Positions 19,338 through 28,578 of a stretch of 64,000 bases of DNA are shown piece after piece. The stretch is taken from the IMG/VR virus record IMGVR_UViG_3300036770_005357. One strand, written 5' to 3'. A program made the position numbers and the translations under genes. The stretch's first letter is position 1; every line of letters begins with the position of its first letter. This stretch comes from a virus. Taxonomy: Duplodnaviria; Caudoviricetes. The notes under the pieces were generated by a model. That model was not told the origin of the DNA. It saw nothing but the letters and a program-made list of their open reading frames with translations, and made no database searches.

Positions 19338-19490
19338 ATGATATTAACAATCGTATTAGTAATAGCAACAGCAGTAGGAGTATTCCTATTCGTAAAGAAT
19401 AACCCACTCAGAGCTAAGAAAATTGATGACGCCGCTAAAGAAGTCATCAAGGAAGTAGAAGAAAAAGTAGAAGAAATTATCAAAAAGTAA
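19338..19490 (+). CDS. Small single-TM protein (50 aa)
   Basis: MILTIVLVIATAVGVFLFVKNNPLRAKKIDD...; AAGGA upstream; terminator downstream. Confidence 0.65.
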   Translation: MILTIVLVIATAVGVFLFVKNNPLRAKKIDDAAKEVIKEVEEKVEEIIKK

Positions 19491-19510
19491 TTATTCTCCT
19501 AACTTAAATC

Positions 19511-19543
19511 AAGCGCCGTACCTCATAAAGTACGGCGTTTTTT
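19511..19543. terminator. Rho-independent terminator
   Basis: gcgccgtac-ctcataaa-gtacggcgttttttt. Confidence 0.85.
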
Positions 19544-19734
19544 ATTGGATGACCGTGGGTTGCGAATATACGAGGATTTCACCTTTGTTCCAATGTCTAT
19601 CTAACGTCAACTTCACCCTTCTCCTCCTCCACGGGAGGTGTTTTACAATTCTATATCACTAACGATCAAATCTTATTATCCCATTTACATATCGTAGTGT
19701 CCGACACTACAATCGGTAAACGATATTTTAAAAT

Positions 19735-19808
19735 TGGCAGGGGATGGTGGAATCGAACCACCACTAGTTGATCCAAAGTCAACTGCACTACCATTATGCA
19801 AATCCCCA
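19735..19808 (-). tRNA. tRNA-Gln(TTG)
   Basis: Cloverleaf, loop CTTTGGA, CCA. Confidence 0.95.
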
Positions 19809-19815
19809 ATTGAAA

Positions 19816-19889
19816 GTGAGCGGGTAGCGGGAATTGCACCCGCACATAGGCTTTGGAAGAGCCTCAGGCTACTATTACATCATACCCGC
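19816..19889 (-). tRNA. tRNA-Gly(TCC)
   Basis: Loop CTTCCAA; T-loop TGCAATT; 3' end TCAC rather than TCCA. Confidence 0.85.
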
Positions 19890-19895
19890 AAAAAT

Positions 19896-20384
19896 TTAAA
19901 TTATTTTTAATTCACAATCACTAATTTTTTCAAATTTAATTAATCTAGCATGATACTCACCGTGATGATTCGGACATATTGCAAACATGTTTCCAACTTC
20001 ATACTTTCCACCGTCTTTTCCTTCAATAAAACGATGAACGTTATAAACTTTATTATAAGTACATCCATTTACCATGCAATGATTAAAGTTAAATTTATCT
20101 TTGAGTAATTTCAATCTATATTGAGTTTTTGATCTAAATTTATCTTTTGAATATGGTCCTCTTAGATTTGATGCTGCACAAACATTACTACAAAATTTTT
20201 GTGCAAATCGTTCCGGTAAAAATGATTTATTACAAAATTTACAATTTATAACAACTCGTTTAGTGATTGTATTGAAATAACATTTACGACAACAATATTT
20301 CTTTTTTTCAACCGGTCTTTTATATAAAATATTGTTACAATTTATATTGTCACACTTATGATTAGGAGTTCTATTTAATGTCAT
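19896..20384 (-). CDS. HNH endonuclease with Cys-rich zinc-binding repeats (free-standing homing type)
   Basis: CxxC repeats; VHRFIEGKDGG...GNMFAICPNHH. Confidence 0.8.
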   Translation of the reverse strand: MTLNRTPNHKCDNINCNNILYKRPVEKKKYCCRKCYFNTITKRVVINCKFCNKSFLPERFAQKFCSNVCAASNLRGPYSKDKFRSKTQYRLKLLKDKFNFNHCMVNGCTYNKVYNVHRFIEGKDGGKYEVGNMFAICPNHHGEYHARLIKFEKISDCELKII

Positions 20385-20435
20385 ATAGATAAATATGCTT
20401 ACGCTCATTAAACCACTCTATTATTTTAATAAAAA

Positions 20436-20528
20436 TGGCGGAAGCGAAGGGTGCTGCCCCCTCAGTGGCTTTTAAACCACGGCAGTTTAGCAAACTGCTG
20501 TAGAAACCTGACTATCTACGTCACTTCC
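20436..20528 (-). tRNA. tRNA-Ser(GCT), atypical T-loop
   Basis: Loop TTGCTAA, long variable arm, G73, CCA; T-loop GCAGCA. Confidence 0.85.
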
Positions 20529-20613
20529 ATAAAATTATTTAAAGCATCTCCGATTTCTTCAAGGGACGAACATTATCAGTCCTCGGTTCTAAGCTCGTAG
20601 AGTTGTATTGAAA

Positions 20614-20704
20614 TGGTGGTGAGAGAGGGATTCGAACCCCCGGAGGCTTTTAAACCTCGTCTGATTTCAAGTCAGGTGCCTTAAACCAACTCAGCCACCT
20701 CACC
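20614..20704 (-). tRNA. tRNA-Ser(TGA)
   Basis: Loop CTTGAAA, long variable arm, CCA. Confidence 0.9.
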
Positions 20705-20710
20705 TCAAAT

Positions 20711-20795
20711 TGGTGGGCATAGAGGGACTTGAACCCCCACAGAGTAATCCACAAGAACCTAAATCTTGCGCGTCTGCCAATTTCGCCATATGCCC
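20711..20795 (-). tRNA. tRNA-Leu(TAG)
   Basis: Loop TTTAGGT, class II, CCA. Confidence 0.95.
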
Positions 20796-20800
20796 GAAAA

Positions 20801-20879
20801 TGGTCGGAGTAGTTGGATTTGAACCAACGAAATTGTCCAGTTCCCAAAACTGGCCGGGTGACCGCTCCCGAATACTCCG
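20801..20879 (-). tRNA. tRNA-Pro(TGG)
   Basis: C1-G72, loop TTTGGGA, CCA. Confidence 0.9.
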
Positions 20880-20888
20880 ATTAAAATT

Positions 20889-21584
20889 TTAAAAATCTAT
20901 TGAATAATATTTACACCATTTTCTGATTGCGTTATCTGACACGCCATATTTTTTACCCAACGATAAAAATGTATTATTTTTTATTTCTTGTTCTAATATT
21001 TCTTTAGAAGGTCTCTCTACTTTTCTTAATTTTTTCATAGAACATATTCTACATACATTAGTATAACCACTAGTTTCTAACTTACATTCTATACAATTAT
21101 ATTTTTTAGTTTTTTTAGATTTTCCACAATACGTGTCTGTTTGTGAGTGACAATTTGGACATAACAATCTTAAATTAGATAAAGTGTTATTAACATGATC
21201 ACCGTCAATGTGATCTAATTGTAATTTTATTGGTTTATTATTCCATATATCTCTTATATTACATTCAGCACATTTATTTTCTACTAAATTAAATTTTATT
21301 AATTTATTTTTTAACCAAACTGTTTCTATGTCGGAATTTTCTTTCAATCTAAGTAATAACTCATCTTTAGAAATTGTATTAGCATTTTTAATTGAAAAAA
21401 TTTCGTTCTTAGAAAGAAAATGTGATGTATCAATTTTTTCAATTTGTATTCTTCGTTTTATTGTTCTATAATTTCCGCCTTCTTTTCTCATGTTCAATGT
21501 TTTACAAACATCGGACATACAACTATTACTTTTAATAATTTTTTCAAAATCTTCTTTTGAAATATTCCAAATTTTACTTTTCAT
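20889..21584 (-). CDS. HNH homing endonuclease
   Basis: CAEC...LQLDHIDGDHVNNTLSNLRLLCPNCHSQT; C-terminal HTH (LGKKYGVSDNAIRKW). Confidence 0.9.
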   Translation of the reverse strand: MKSKIWNISKEDFEKIIKSNSCMSDVCKTLNMRKEGGNYRTIKRRIQIEKIDTSHFLSKNEIFSIKNANTISKDELLLRLKENSDIETVWLKNKLIKFNLVENKCAECNIRDIWNNKPIKLQLDHIDGDHVNNTLSNLRLLCPNCHSQTDTYCGKSKKTKKYNCIECKLETSGYTNVCRICSMKKLRKVERPSKEILEQEIKNNTFLSLGKKYGVSDNAIRKWCKYYSIDF

Positions 21585-21652
21585 AGTACAATATCATATC
21601 TTTGGTAATAAATAGATAAGAGTTCAACTGAACGCTTATTTTTTATTAAAAA

Positions 21653-21728
21653 TGGTGGGCGAGGAGGGACTTGAACCCCCGATAGGCACAGTGTAAGTGT
21701 GCTACTTTAGCCACTAAGTTACTCGCCC
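21653..21728 (-). tRNA. tRNA-Val(TAC)
   Basis: Stem GCACA/TGTGC, loop CTTACAC, CCA. Confidence 0.95.
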
Positions 21729-21742
21729 GTAAAAATTACTAT

Positions 21743-21831
21743 TTCCGTCATCGCCATTTGGGTTCTGCACAAAGCATATCACCCAGTGACCGATCAAGTG
21801 TTTAAGGGCACACCAGATAGAGTTTCAAGCC
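21743..21831 (-). ncRNA. Unidentified structured RNA motif, copy 1 (tRNA-operon leader)
   Basis: Shares TTGAAACTC.ATCTG and GGTGATATG..CAGAACCCAAA.GGCGATGACGGAA with 30868-30988. Confidence 0.6.
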
Positions 21832-21849
21832 CGTCGTCATTATGTACTA

Positions 21850-21877
21850 ACTATACCACTAAATTTAATACTGTCAA
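21850..21877 (-). promoter_or_regulatory. Sigma70-type promoter of tRNA operon 1
   Basis: TTGACA-N16-TATAGT. Confidence 0.8.
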
Positions 21878-21889
21878 CTATCAAATCAA

Positions 21890-21927
21890 AAACCCACCAT
21901 CTTTTTCAGATTGGTGGGTTATTTTTT
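21890..21927. terminator. Rho-independent terminator
   Basis: aacccacca...tggtgggtt flanked by A and T runs. Confidence 0.8.
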
Positions 21928-22100
21928 AAGCAACAAACAACCATGCCAATCATGTACCTTGTGGTACTTGACTACTCGATGGTTGTGAAACTGTGTTTAA
22001 CATACAACAATATATATCATAAAGATTCTCAAATGTCAGATAAAAAAATAAACCCGCTGGATTTCTCCAACGGGCTTATTATAATTTAATCTAATTTAGA

Positions 22101-22814
22101 TTAGAATGTGAACTTAGCACCAGCGCTATAAACAACGGTGTTCTTGAATTGCTTAACGCCGAGGTTAGCACTCTTTACAACATCAAAGTTGTTATCATAC
22201 CAACCTACATCAACATATGGTGTAACGACACCAATTGGAGTGTTGATTGGACGAGTCAAGGTACCATGTACATTGACAGCATCATACGAGGTCATACGAC
22301 CCCATTCAACCGCTGGTGTAATGACAAATCCGAGGAACAATTTTTGTTCACGGGAAGCACCAACGAAATAACCACTTTGTTGAGTTTCTTGGAAGAAAGC
22401 GCCGCGGATATATGGAGTTACATATGGATTCTCAAGAGACAACTTAGCACCGAGTTCAGTTGAACTTTGAAGTGTTCCGGCTGTGATTTGATGACGAGTT
22501 GCGGTTACATCGCCACGAAGGGCGAAATCACCATAAACCTTAATGCTCTTACCGAGGCCGAGGGTCCAATGAGTTTGGTTTCTTCCTTCATCAGATAAAA
22601 ATACGCCTCCGATGTAAGCGTCTACATACTTGAATGATTTGCTAACACCAAGTGCTCCGTATGGAGTGGCAAGAGTGTAAGCAACGCCATCAACTACATA
22701 GTAGTTGTTATAACCACCATCTAGTGTAAGACTAATTGGTGAGCCAGCATCAGCAGCCGAAAGGCCAAATACTGATACCAACAATGCTGTTAATACTGAT
22801 AATAGTTTCTTCAT
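22101..22814 (-). CDS. Signal-peptide outer-membrane beta-barrel-like protein (host-derived, PVC-like)
   Basis: Signal MKKLLSVLTALLVSVFGLSAADA; alternating beta strands; C-terminal aromatic (AGAKFTF). Confidence 0.7.
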   Translation of the reverse strand: MKKLLSVLTALLVSVFGLSAADAGSPISLTLDGGYNNYYVVDGVAYTLATPYGALGVSKSFKYVDAYIGGVFLSDEGRNQTHWTLGLGKSIKVYGDFALRGDVTATRHQITAGTLQSSTELGAKLSLENPYVTPYIRGAFFQETQQSGYFVGASREQKLFLGFVITPAVEWGRMTSYDAVNVHGTLTRPINTPIGVVTPYVDVGWYDNNFDVVKSANLGVKQFKNTVVYSAGAKFTF

Positions 22815-22912
22815 AATATTAATATTTCCTTTTTGTTTTGTTTATAATGTGACACCGGCCACATTTTTAGGAGTAATCCTAAATCTTATTATATATATTT
22901 TTTATAAAACTG

Positions 22913-23233
22913 TTAAAATTTATTTAATTTCTTGAGTCTCTTACTAAGCGCTCTATCTTTCTCTGGTAGATAGACATATGAAGCTTTAAAATTTTCTTCA
23001 TTTTCTGTTAGAACGCTGATGGTATCTTCAGTTACATCTAAAACTTTACCAATGGCATTCTTAATAAATCTAAAACTATTGACGCCTTCAATGTCAATAC
23101 AGATACCATAAGACATATCTCTATATTGTACATCAGCGACTCCATAATGAGTTTTCAACATAGTTTTAATTTGGTTCTTTTTATCTTCGTTTAGAACCAT
23201 ATTAGCCATTTCTAACTTTGTTAATGTATTCAT
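22913..23233 (-). CDS. Hypothetical protein
   Basis: ORF track. Confidence 0.55.
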   Translation of the reverse strand: MNTLTKLEMANMVLNEDKKNQIKTMLKTHYGVADVQYRDMSYGICIDIEGVNSFRFIKNAIGKVLDVTEDTISVLTENEENFKASYVYLPEKDRALSKRLKKLNKF

Positions 23234-23334
23234 ATTTTATTATTATATTTGTAATTTAATTTATGTCAATAAAAAACGAAACGATTAACGGGTTAAATTA
23301 ATCGTTTCAATTTGCGTAAGTTGTTGTTAATTAA

Positions 23335-24534
23335 TTACTTATTTTTCTTTAATGCTTTTAATTTCTTCTTCAATTCGTCTGGTTTATTTACGGCTAACCA
23401 TCTAGCATAATCTTCTTTTTCTCTACGATCTAATTCATTATCTCTATAAATTTTTGCATTTTGTTTCACAATATCTCTGAATGGATCACCACTTTCTTTT
23501 TTTATTGGAATATTTTTACCGGTCAAATCTAATATCTCATTTGGAATATTAGTAGTAACAATCTTCCTTTCAATACTTAATATCTCCAACTCTTCAGGTG
23601 TCAAATTTCTTAAAATTGACTTTACATCTTCATCGTCACGATTGCTGCTTGGCTTATTTACTGTATTTAAAATATAATTGAATGGAGTACTTGTCTTGTA
23701 TACTACATCAGCAGTTCTTTCACTGCCTGATTTTGAAGCACCTTTATATAATAATAGTGTAGTACCTTCACGACCACCGCCAGTAAATACTTGAACAGTA
23801 GCCGCTGGATAATTACCTTCTAAATCGTAAGCATCCAATTCTTCTTTAATCAGTTGTTTAATTAATTGTTTAAGTTTTGTTTCGTTCATAGAAATTCTAT
23901 CTTTGAGTTTATTAAAATTCTTTTCAACTGATTGCCATCTTTGTTTATCTTTATCACTGTCATCGGGACTTGGCAACACATCTTGTAAAGTCAATGGACT
24001 ATTATGAAAATCACTTACTAACTTTTCCATATCATCCATCATTTTTCTATAATCACCCAATGTTGGATCAGCCGACATTACATCATCTTTTTCTTTAGTT
24101 GCTTTTTCAATTGCAGATTGATCGCCTGTCTTTTTAGCATTTAAATATGATTTGAATGTAAGCGATCTCTTTTGTTGCCAATCCTTATATTCAGGTTTGG
24201 AATAGTGTTCTTTGTCCCAAGCATCTCGTTGTCTATTTATTACATCAAGCTTACGAAAATTGATGAAACTAGTAACCGAATCCATCAAATTACTTAATAA
24301 CACTTGTAGATCTTGATCATCAACACTTCCACCGATTGGATACTTGTTCATCACATGTAACCTAGAAAAACTAGTAGCATTCAACAAATTTTTTAACTTC
24401 TTTCCAACCAACTTCTTCATAAAGTCTTCTACACTATTGGTAGATTGTGCAATTTGTTGGAACGGAACCAATGCCTGTTCATTGGATTCTTTAATGGTTT
24501 CTAATATCAGCTTTTTAAAATCTCTAAGTTTCAT
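23335..24534 (-). CDS. Leader-tagged putative internal virion protein (two leader-like motifs)
   Basis: MKLRDFKKLILETIKESNE; internal MNETKLKQLIKQLIKEE; TATTTATT upstream. Confidence 0.6.
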   Translation of the reverse strand: MKLRDFKKLILETIKESNEQALVPFQQIAQSTNSVEDFMKKLVGKKLKNLLNATSFSRLHVMNKYPIGGSVDDQDLQVLLSNLMDSVTSFINFRKLDVINRQRDAWDKEHYSKPEYKDWQQKRSLTFKSYLNAKKTGDQSAIEKATKEKDDVMSADPTLGDYRKMMDDMEKLVSDFHNSPLTLQDVLPSPDDSDKDKQRWQSVEKNFNKLKDRISMNETKLKQLIKQLIKEELDAYDLEGNYPAATVQVFTGGGREGTTLLLYKGASKSGSERTADVVYKTSTPFNYILNTVNKPSSNRDDEDVKSILRNLTPEELEILSIERKIVTTNIPNEILDLTGKNIPIKKESGDPFRDIVKQNAKIYRDNELDRREKEDYARWLAVNKPDELKKKLKALKKNK

Positions 24535-24553
24535 ACCCTAATAAATATAAAAA

Positions 24554-24775
24554 CTATAGGGTTATTTCAGCAGATATTACATCATCATCAGAAAATCCAC
24601 CTATCTTAATAGATTTACCGTTACTTAAGTGTATTACTAATATTTGTAAATCACCGGTACTATTCTTAAGTGACTCAACCCTAAGCACTTGATTATCATT
24701 TAATTCATTCTTAATATCATCGCCTATAGAATCGGATTCAGCAAGTGTTCTTCTCAATGGATTTAATCGTATCAT
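24554..24775 (-). CDS. Small leader-tagged protein
   Basis: MIRLNPLRRTLAES; TATTTATT upstream. Confidence 0.55.
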   Translation of the reverse strand: MIRLNPLRRTLAESDSIGDDIKNELNDNQVLRVESLKNSTGDLQILVIHLSNGKSIKIGGFSDDDVISAEITL

Positions 24776-24814
24776 ATTAATAAATATTCAAAGTTAGTTA
24801 TATTTATAGATTAA

Positions 24815-25555
24815 ATGGCATTGGTAAACTATACATATCTTTTAGATCAAAACAACTTAATTAGTTGGTTAACTTCTATTTCCGAGACCGATCCTAATCC
24901 AACAATAAGAACTGCTGCCAAAAAAATAGCATTTAATGTAAGTGGAAATAAAATAATAGAAAGTTGGTATTATTATAACGAACTTTATAAAAAATATCAA
25001 TTTAAATTAGTAACCATAAATACCATAAACGGATTTAATGTAGTACTTTATTCTTATACAAATCAAGGTGAAAAATTTATAGGCAGTGTTAAAAAATATG
25101 TTCCAGCGAAACCTATACAAGTAAAAAGTTTATCTGTTCCAATTGTTGATGAAATTGGTACAACATATGATAGAACTCCTTCTATATCAGGATTTTCAGA
25201 CGCCAATCTACAAATTTACATTTACGACGGTGGTCAATTACTTGGTCAAACTACATCTAACGAACTTGGTGAATGGGAATTTACCGTAACAACGAATCTA
25301 TCATTCGGAAATCATTCAATAACTGCCGTAGCTTCAAACGGAACGGAATTCAGCAATTCCAGTAAAGTTGTAAATTTTACAATACTTGAAATAACCGTTC
25401 CCACTGTAACATTCACATCACCTACAGATGACACGACACCTACAATTACAGGTACAGCGCCTGCTTTAAGCACAGTCACGGTTTATAATAATGAAAGTCC
25501 GATAGGTACAACAACCGCTGATAGCGAAGGTAATTGGTCATTTACATTAACTTAA
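24815..25555 (+). CDS. Bacterial Ig-like domain protein (one complete and one truncated Ig domain)
   Basis: TYDRTPSISG...IYDGGQLLGQTTSNELGEWEFT...HSITAVAS; second repeat TDDTTPTITG...GNWSFTLT*. Confidence 0.8.
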   Translation: MALVNYTYLLDQNNLISWLTSISETDPNPTIRTAAKKIAFNVSGNKIIESWYYYNELYKKYQFKLVTINTINGFNVVLYSYTNQGEKFIGSVKKYVPAKPIQVKSLSVPIVDEIGTTYDRTPSISGFSDANLQIYIYDGGQLLGQTTSNELGEWEFTVTTNLSFGNHSITAVASNGTEFSNSSKVVNFTILEITVPTVTFTSPTDDTTPTITGTAPALSTVTVYNNESPIGTTTADSEGNWSFTLT

Positions 25556-25560
25556 AAAAC

Positions 25561-27414
25561 ATGTCAACACCAAATCCATTATTAGCCCCTAGATATTTGA
25601 CGGGAACAAATTATTATGTTGAACCTAGCCCTGGTGTATATGAACCCGGCTTGCCAAAATGGGGTGTAACAATTAATCCAAGTGGATGGTCAGCACCTGC
25701 AAATACACCAAAAAATAAACCTGAATATTATGGATATAGAATCGGTCAAGAAAACATAATCCCATATGTTTATTCAATATTATGGAATTATACATCTTGT
25801 TCAATAAGTACAGGAACTCATTGGTGGGGAAGAAAAAGTACAGACCCTTTTTGGACAACTGCCGCTCCGGCAGCTGACATTTTATTAATATTAGGATATT
25901 CTCCATTAAATAATAAGATCACAATCAGTGGTTCTGGAATTGACAACACAATATTGAAACGAGTAGATGAATCTGATTTAATAGGAGGATATGCTACATT
26001 TCCTATAGTGCCAACGGGAATAACAAACACAAGTACAGGTGAAATTTCGGGTGGTACCACTACTTTAAAAATATGTTGGCGAGATCAACATACTACACCT
26101 TCAGCTTATTATTGGTACAAAAATAATGTTTTAATATCGGGTGCTAATAGTTCCGAATATACAATCACACTTGCAGCCGGAGGTGCTGCAGCGGGAGTTT
26201 ATAAATGTGGTGTGAACATGACACCTTCATATCAAGGTTCAAGTAATTTTGCTACAAGTAATGAAGTTACTATAACTTACAACAGTTCAAAATATTACGC
26301 AAGTTATTACACAATAACTTCTAACAGAATGATACAAGCTTACGGTGCAACATTTGGTGTAAATAGTACTGATAATGTTTTAATTGAAGGAATAACTTTT
26401 GATGGTAATCATACTAATAATTACACAACAAACAGTCCGACAAGTGATTGTCTTTCTCTAATAGGAACAAATCACAGAATAAATAAATGTAAATTTGTTG
26501 ATTTCGGCGTTGGAAATACTGTGTATGAATACGATTCAACAAATCCAAGTCCTGGTTTAGCGGAAACTTTCGTAATACTGTCACAACCACCTACTGCTAA
26601 TTGGAAAACAAATCTCGGACCTAAGATAGAAAATTGTATATTTACACAAAATGGAGTTAAAGACGGACCTGAACAGTATCCAACAGTTACAACATCTCAT
26701 ATTCCAGAATATACATGTATAGCTGTACACGGATCCGGTTCGGTTGTAAAAAACAATCAATTTATAGATCTATTGTTTGATGACGATCATAGAAGCCCAA
26801 TCCACGCTATTAGTTTCGGTGGAAATTATTCTGGATCATTTTACGAAAATACATTCAAAAATGTACAAGGTCCGTGTTTTTACATTGATAGTTACAAAGT
26901 AACCGGTTCAAAAATTCAAGACAATTATTGTAGCAGTTCTTGGAATTTTATAACTCTTACATCACAAACTTGGCCGTCAACAAATCAAATTGCAAATTTC
27001 AAAAATATAGATATGAGAGATAATACAGTGATATTATCGGATGGACCAACAACATATAATTACTTCGTAGGTATGGGTGGTGGATTTTGGCCAAGTCATC
27101 ATATTGCATATTTTGCCAGTTCTACTTTGGTACATCCGTATGATATGGTTACTAGTAGTTTAAATGTAATTAAAAAAGGATATTGGGATGGAACTCCGCC
27201 GGATTGGGCATCAGGTGCTGTTCCACAATCGGCTGTATATAGTTACATTATATTTCCAAGAGACTCCTCTATGGCAACAAGATGTGTGGGCCCAACATAT
27301 ATAACATCTTCAAATGAAATATTTGCTTCTAGATTGTTATCCATAACAGCAACTGCTGCTATAGGAGGACAAACAAGTGACGCTAGTACATCACAAACAT
27401 TGATAATAACCTAA
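25561..27414 (+). CDS. Parallel beta-helix (pectin-lyase-like) protein with Ig-like insert
   Basis: ITISGSGIDNTILKR, VLIEGITFDGN, IENCIF, VKNNQF repeats; SAYYWYKNNVLISGANSSEYTI...GVYKC Ig motif. Confidence 0.7.
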   Translation: MSTPNPLLAPRYLTGTNYYVEPSPGVYEPGLPKWGVTINPSGWSAPANTPKNKPEYYGYRIGQENIIPYVYSILWNYTSCSISTGTHWWGRKSTDPFWTTAAPAADILLILGYSPLNNKITISGSGIDNTILKRVDESDLIGGYATFPIVPTGITNTSTGEISGGTTTLKICWRDQHTTPSAYYWYKNNVLISGANSSEYTITLAAGGAAAGVYKCGVNMTPSYQGSSNFATSNEVTITYNSSKYYASYYTITSNRMIQAYGATFGVNSTDNVLIEGITFDGNHTNNYTTNSPTSDCLSLIGTNHRINKCKFVDFGVGNTVYEYDSTNPSPGLAETFVILSQPPTANWKTNLGPKIENCIFTQNGVKDGPEQYPTVTTSHIPEYTCIAVHGSGSVVKNNQFIDLLFDDDHRSPIHAISFGGNYSGSFYENTFKNVQGPCFYIDSYKVTGSKIQDNYCSSSWNFITLTSQTWPSTNQIANFKNIDMRDNTVILSDGPTTYNYFVGMGGGFWPSHHIAYFASSTLVHPYDMVTSSLNVIKKGYWDGTPPDWASGAVPQSAVYSYIIFPRDSSMATRCVGPTYITSSNEIFASRLLSITATAAIGGQTSDASTSQTLIIT

Positions 27415-27575
27415 TTAACAGATTTTCGCCAATCAACTCTATGTTTCTGTATCCAATCTACTAAAGCATTCTCAAATCCAATGTCTTTATTAGCCTTTTC
27501 ACTCTCTAACCACTTGTGTTTGTGTATTTCGTTCTTCATGTATATAAACTTTTTGTAGAGAGTCTCATTCTTCAT
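27411..27575 (-). CDS. Small DUF4032-like protein (PVC-type)
   Basis: Hand translation MKNETLYKKFIYMKNEIHKHKWLESEKANKDIGFENALVDWIQKHRVDWRKSVN. Confidence 0.65.
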   Translation of the reverse strand: MKNETLYKKFIYMKNEIHKHKWLESEKANKDIGFENALVDWIQKHRVDWRKSVN

Positions 27576-27592
27576 AATAATATATATAGTAT

Positions 27593-28048
27593 ATGCCCTA
27601 CGAATACAACGCTACAGTTATTGATATTGTTGATGGTGATACCATAACAGTTGATATTGATCTCGGATTTAATGTAAAATTAGCCAACCAAAAAGTTAGA
27701 TTGCTCGGTGTAGATACTCCCGAAAGTAGAACAAGTGATAAAATTGAAAAAATATTTGGCACCGCTAGTAAAGAATATACTAAAAAATTTATTGACGAAT
27801 GTAAAGACAAAACTGTTGTAATAAGAACATATCTAAGTAACAGCGAAGAAAAATTTGGTAGACTGCTCGGTGAAATTATAAATCCAACTACTAAAAAAAT
27901 TCTCAACGAAGAACTTATAAAAAATAACTACGCCGTAAAATATCTAGGCGAAAATAAAGATAATGTAAAATCTCAACATCTAGCAAATAGAAAAAAATTG
28001 ATTGATGCTAAAATTGTCAATCTTTCTTATAAAGAAGCTGGATTATAA
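27593..28048 (+). CDS. Thermonuclease (staphylococcal nuclease fold)
   Basis: IVDGDTITVDIDLGF...VRLLGVDTPES...EKFGRLLG. Confidence 0.95.
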   Translation: MPYEYNATVIDIVDGDTITVDIDLGFNVKLANQKVRLLGVDTPESRTSDKIEKIFGTASKEYTKKFIDECKDKTVVIRTYLSNSEEKFGRLLGEIINPTTKKILNEELIKNNYAVKYLGENKDNVKSQHLANRKKLIDAKIVNLSYKEAGL

Positions 28049-28426
28049 ATTTCGCAATTTATTAAAAAATTGTTTGTTAGCTTTATCGGTTGTATATACC
28101 AAAATCTCACCGTCTCTTAATTTAAAAAATTTCTTTGAACGATTATACATTTTAGTCCCAATACCCATTCGTCTATATTTTCGTTTTATATAAATCATAA
28201 ACTCGTACTTAGTAAGTTTATATTTAGCTCGTTCTTTTATAATAGACCAACCAATAACTTTGCCATTTTCTTTTGCTAAAAAAACTCTGTTCTTTATTTT
28301 TTTATCTGGACTGCAACAATCAGTATACAAATTAAAAATAGAGCCTGTAGAAATTAATTTGCTACAGGCTTTTTCTTCCTCAAATGTCAAATTTTTTGCT
28401 TCTTTAGAAGTTATTCTAATTACCAC
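28043..28426 (-). CDS. GNAT-family acetyltransferase
   Basis: IYIKRKYRRMGIGTKM acetyl-CoA motif A. Confidence 0.8.
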   Translation of the reverse strand: MVIRITSKEAKNLTFEEEKACSKLISTGSIFNLYTDCCSPDKKIKNRVFLAKENGKVIGWSIIKERAKYKLTKYEFMIYIKRKYRRMGIGTKMYNRSKKFFKLRDGEILVYTTDKANKQFFNKLRNL

Positions 28427-28578
28427 ATATTATAAATATTAATATCAATGTTACAAAAATATTAAATATGTTTGGTGCTAGTTGATCTGCCAATTCGTTC
28501 TCCTTCGTCAACTACTCACACACACGAAACGATAAAAAGTGCGGTTAACACCAAACACTTCTATAAGTAGAATCAAAA

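Noticed and set aside
19295-19483. Minus-strand 62-aa ORF from the track
   Set aside because: The plus-strand 19338-19490 ORF has an SD, a TM helix and a terminator and is the better call
20530-20610. Possible hammerhead (CTGATAA...GAAA) between two Ser tRNAs
   Set aside because: The core has A in place of invariant G8, and stems II and III do not form
21743-21831. Leader motif as HDV-like/theta ribozyme, RNase P fragment or T-box
   Set aside because: GGCGA resembles HDV J4/2 but there is no P1/L3 pattern and it lies 5' of the tRNAs; GAAACTC and CAGAACCC cannot form RNase P P4; no T-box AGGGTGG.ACC
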